Assembly: GCA_050012475.1 (NCBI GenBank)
Contig: JBEKHC010000003.1
Coordinates: 32,001 to 96,000 of the forward strand
Direction: 5' to 3'
DNA from: Candidatus Velthaea sp.
GTDB taxonomy: Bacteria; Vulcanimicrobiota; Vulcanimicrobiia; Vulcanimicrobiales; Vulcanimicrobiaceae
DNA: 64,000 nucleotides
The notes under the pieces are model-generated. The model was given only the letters and a program-made list of their open reading frames with translations. It did not search any database and had not been told where the DNA came from. Positions within the stretch are counted from its first letter, which is position 1. Each line of letters starts with the position of its first letter. Shown one piece after another: positions 62,283 through 64,000 of this stretch. The position numbers and the translations under genes are program-made.

Positions 62283-63194
62283 CTATCCGCTCGCCGCCCC
62301 CTCCGTCGTCAGCGCGCCGGAAGCCCCTTGCTCGCCCCGCACCGTATCCACGGTTCGACGCGCCGCATGGTTGTCGGCTACGTTGATCATCCGCACCTCC
62401 GATTCGGCGAAGGGGACGGGGTAGCCCGCGGCCGTGAAAACGTCGACGATCGTGCGGTTCGTATCGAACCAGACCTGCCAGTAGTGGTCCGTATGGGTGT
62501 AGGGCCGGACCGCGAGCACCGGGCCTTCGGGGCTGAAGCTGAGGATCTCGATATCCGGCGGGGGTATCTTCTCGACGTTGGCGATCGCCGAGATTGCGGA
62601 CCGCAGCCGTTCGATGGCATCCCGCGGGTCGACACCGTTGGCAATGGTGGCGGTGGCTTCGACGCGGCGGAACGGCAGCGTCGTAAAGTTCTGAATCGTT
62701 CCCGAGAACACCGTATTGTTGCCGACAATGGTTTCAACGTTGTCGGGTGTGACGATCTTCGTGAAGAATAAGCCGATTTCGCTGACCGTTCCCGTTACCG
62801 CGCCGGCCGTGACGAAATCGCCGATCTTGAATGGCCGCAGCACTTGCAGAAAAACACCGGCGGCGAAGTGCGCGAGCAGCCCGCCCCAGGCGGTCCCGAT
62901 GGCCAACCCGAGACCGGCAAGCAAGGCGACGAATGACGTCGTTTGAATGCCGAAGATACCCAGCAGTGCGAGGATCAGGACGAGGGTCAAGAATCCGCTA
63001 ACGATCGTCGCAAGATATTTCGCGACGGTGACGTCGATGCGTCCGGCCCGTTCGAACATGCGTTCCATGAACTTGCTTGCGACGGAAATGAGCCAGCGGC
63101 CGATGATCCAAGCGGCGATCGCACCGATAACCTTGATGCCGAAAGCCAGACCTTGAGTTGCGAGAAAAGCCCAAATCGTTTCTAGGGTGCTCAC
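62283..63194 (-). CDS. mscS: Small-conductance mechanosensitive channel (MscS family)
   Basis: GIQTTSF..LAGLGLAIG, RPFKIGD, GTVSEIGLF. Confidence 0.9.
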   Translation of the reverse strand: MSTLETIWAFLATQGLAFGIKVIGAIAAWIIGRWLISVASKFMERMFERAGRIDVTVAKYLATIVSGFLTLVLILALLGIFGIQTTSFVALLAGLGLAIGTAWGGLLAHFAAGVFLQVLRPFKIGDFVTAGAVTGTVSEIGLFFTKIVTPDNVETIVGNNTVFSGTIQNFTTLPFRRVEATATIANGVDPRDAIERLRSAISAIANVEKIPPPDIEILSFSPEGPVLAVRPYTHTDHYWQVWFDTNRTIVDVFTAAGYPVPFAESEVRMINVADNHAARRTVDTVRGEQGASGALTTEGAASG

Positions 63195-63539
63195 ATCTAC
63201 CTCTCAAGAACGAGGATGAGCGCGCTGCTTCGCGTTGATCGAGCGCGATGCGGTCGCTCCGAATTGAATTGTTCGGGCCAAAACGCAGACGAGTCAAGAG
63301 CCAAACTGCATATAGGCTGCGCTTCGCATGCAAATAAACGCGCCACGCTCTCTCACTGTACGACACAAGCAAAAGCGAGCAGCGGCCTTCTATTCGAAGA
63401 AACACGAAGCAGCCGGTTTCCTGTTTCGTTGCTCCGCGCGGCTTTCCTCAACCGCCGCCGAGGTTTAGGCCATACTTCGGGTCACCTCGTTAACCGGCGC
63501 AGCGGATGTGATTGCCCTCCAGCAAATGCCCAGGTTCCG

Positions 63540-63973
63540 GCAAGCCGTCCTGGCTTTCGCTCGGGGTGATCTCGACCATGAAAGTGAGGTTCGACGAGGC
63601 GGGCGTGGTGATCGATGAGTTCGATCAGGTCGGTCTATTAGCGCACGCTTTCCAAACCATGGAGATGGAGATCGCCGTCAGCGTGGCCGCCTTCGACCAC
63701 GCCCGCTGCGGAATACGCGACGACGATATGCACGCACTCGCAACGACGAGCCACTCACTCAGCGAGGCTTCGACCGTCGTGTCGGACGCGGTCAAGCAAT
63801 CGGTCACATCGGTCTTCCAGATTTCACAAAGGGTCGATGTGGTCGTCGCCGGAGCGCAACCAAGCGGAGAGAATCGACGATACGGCGAGCGCCGTCAGCA
63901 ACTCAGTCGGACGGCCGAGCAGATCGCGACGGTTGCAATGCTCCAAGCCGAGTCGATCGCGCTCACCATGTAG
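63540..63973 (+). pseudogene. Possible degenerate HAMP/MCP fragment
   Basis: LAFARGDL in one frame and QVGLLAHAFQTM plus MCP-like heptads (LSRTAEQI) in another; no conserved hairpin tip. Confidence 0.3.
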
Positions 63974-64000
63974 TCTTTGCAGAAACTCGACGACGGAATC

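Overview
High-GC bacterial chromosome segment. The cysE-cysS-rlmB-sigH-tRNA block and the gene families suggest a Terrabacteria member such as Eremiobacterota/Vulcanimicrobiota (inference). There are three zones. (1) About 1-44.5 kb is an accessory region running away from the 3' end of tRNA-Gly. It holds fermentation and pH-homeostasis genes: glycogen phosphorylase, a YbhFGRS-type ABC exporter, Kup, lactate permease with an FAD/Fe-S D-lactate dehydrogenase, two divergent P3A-type H+-ATPases with acetate kinase and phosphoketolase, AspT/AspD, thioredoxins, an RNA polymerase omega gene outside its usual context, an SDR, oleate hydratase and a REC/PP2C/LuxR module. (2) About 45-56 kb is a complete F9-like chemosensory cluster lying between tRNA-Tyr/Gly and tRNA-Thr. 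(3) About 57-64 kb is housekeeping genes. The main discovery is an unannotated ~17-bp promoter box (approx. nnTCC-N4-WWTTCACG-RT) in nine copies. Each sits 24 nt (once 25 nt) upstream of a TAnnnT -10 hexamer and points into an operon of zone 1, including two divergent pairs. This defines a putative island-wide activator regulon that also includes the omega gene. All calls come from reading the sequence by eye; no searches were run.
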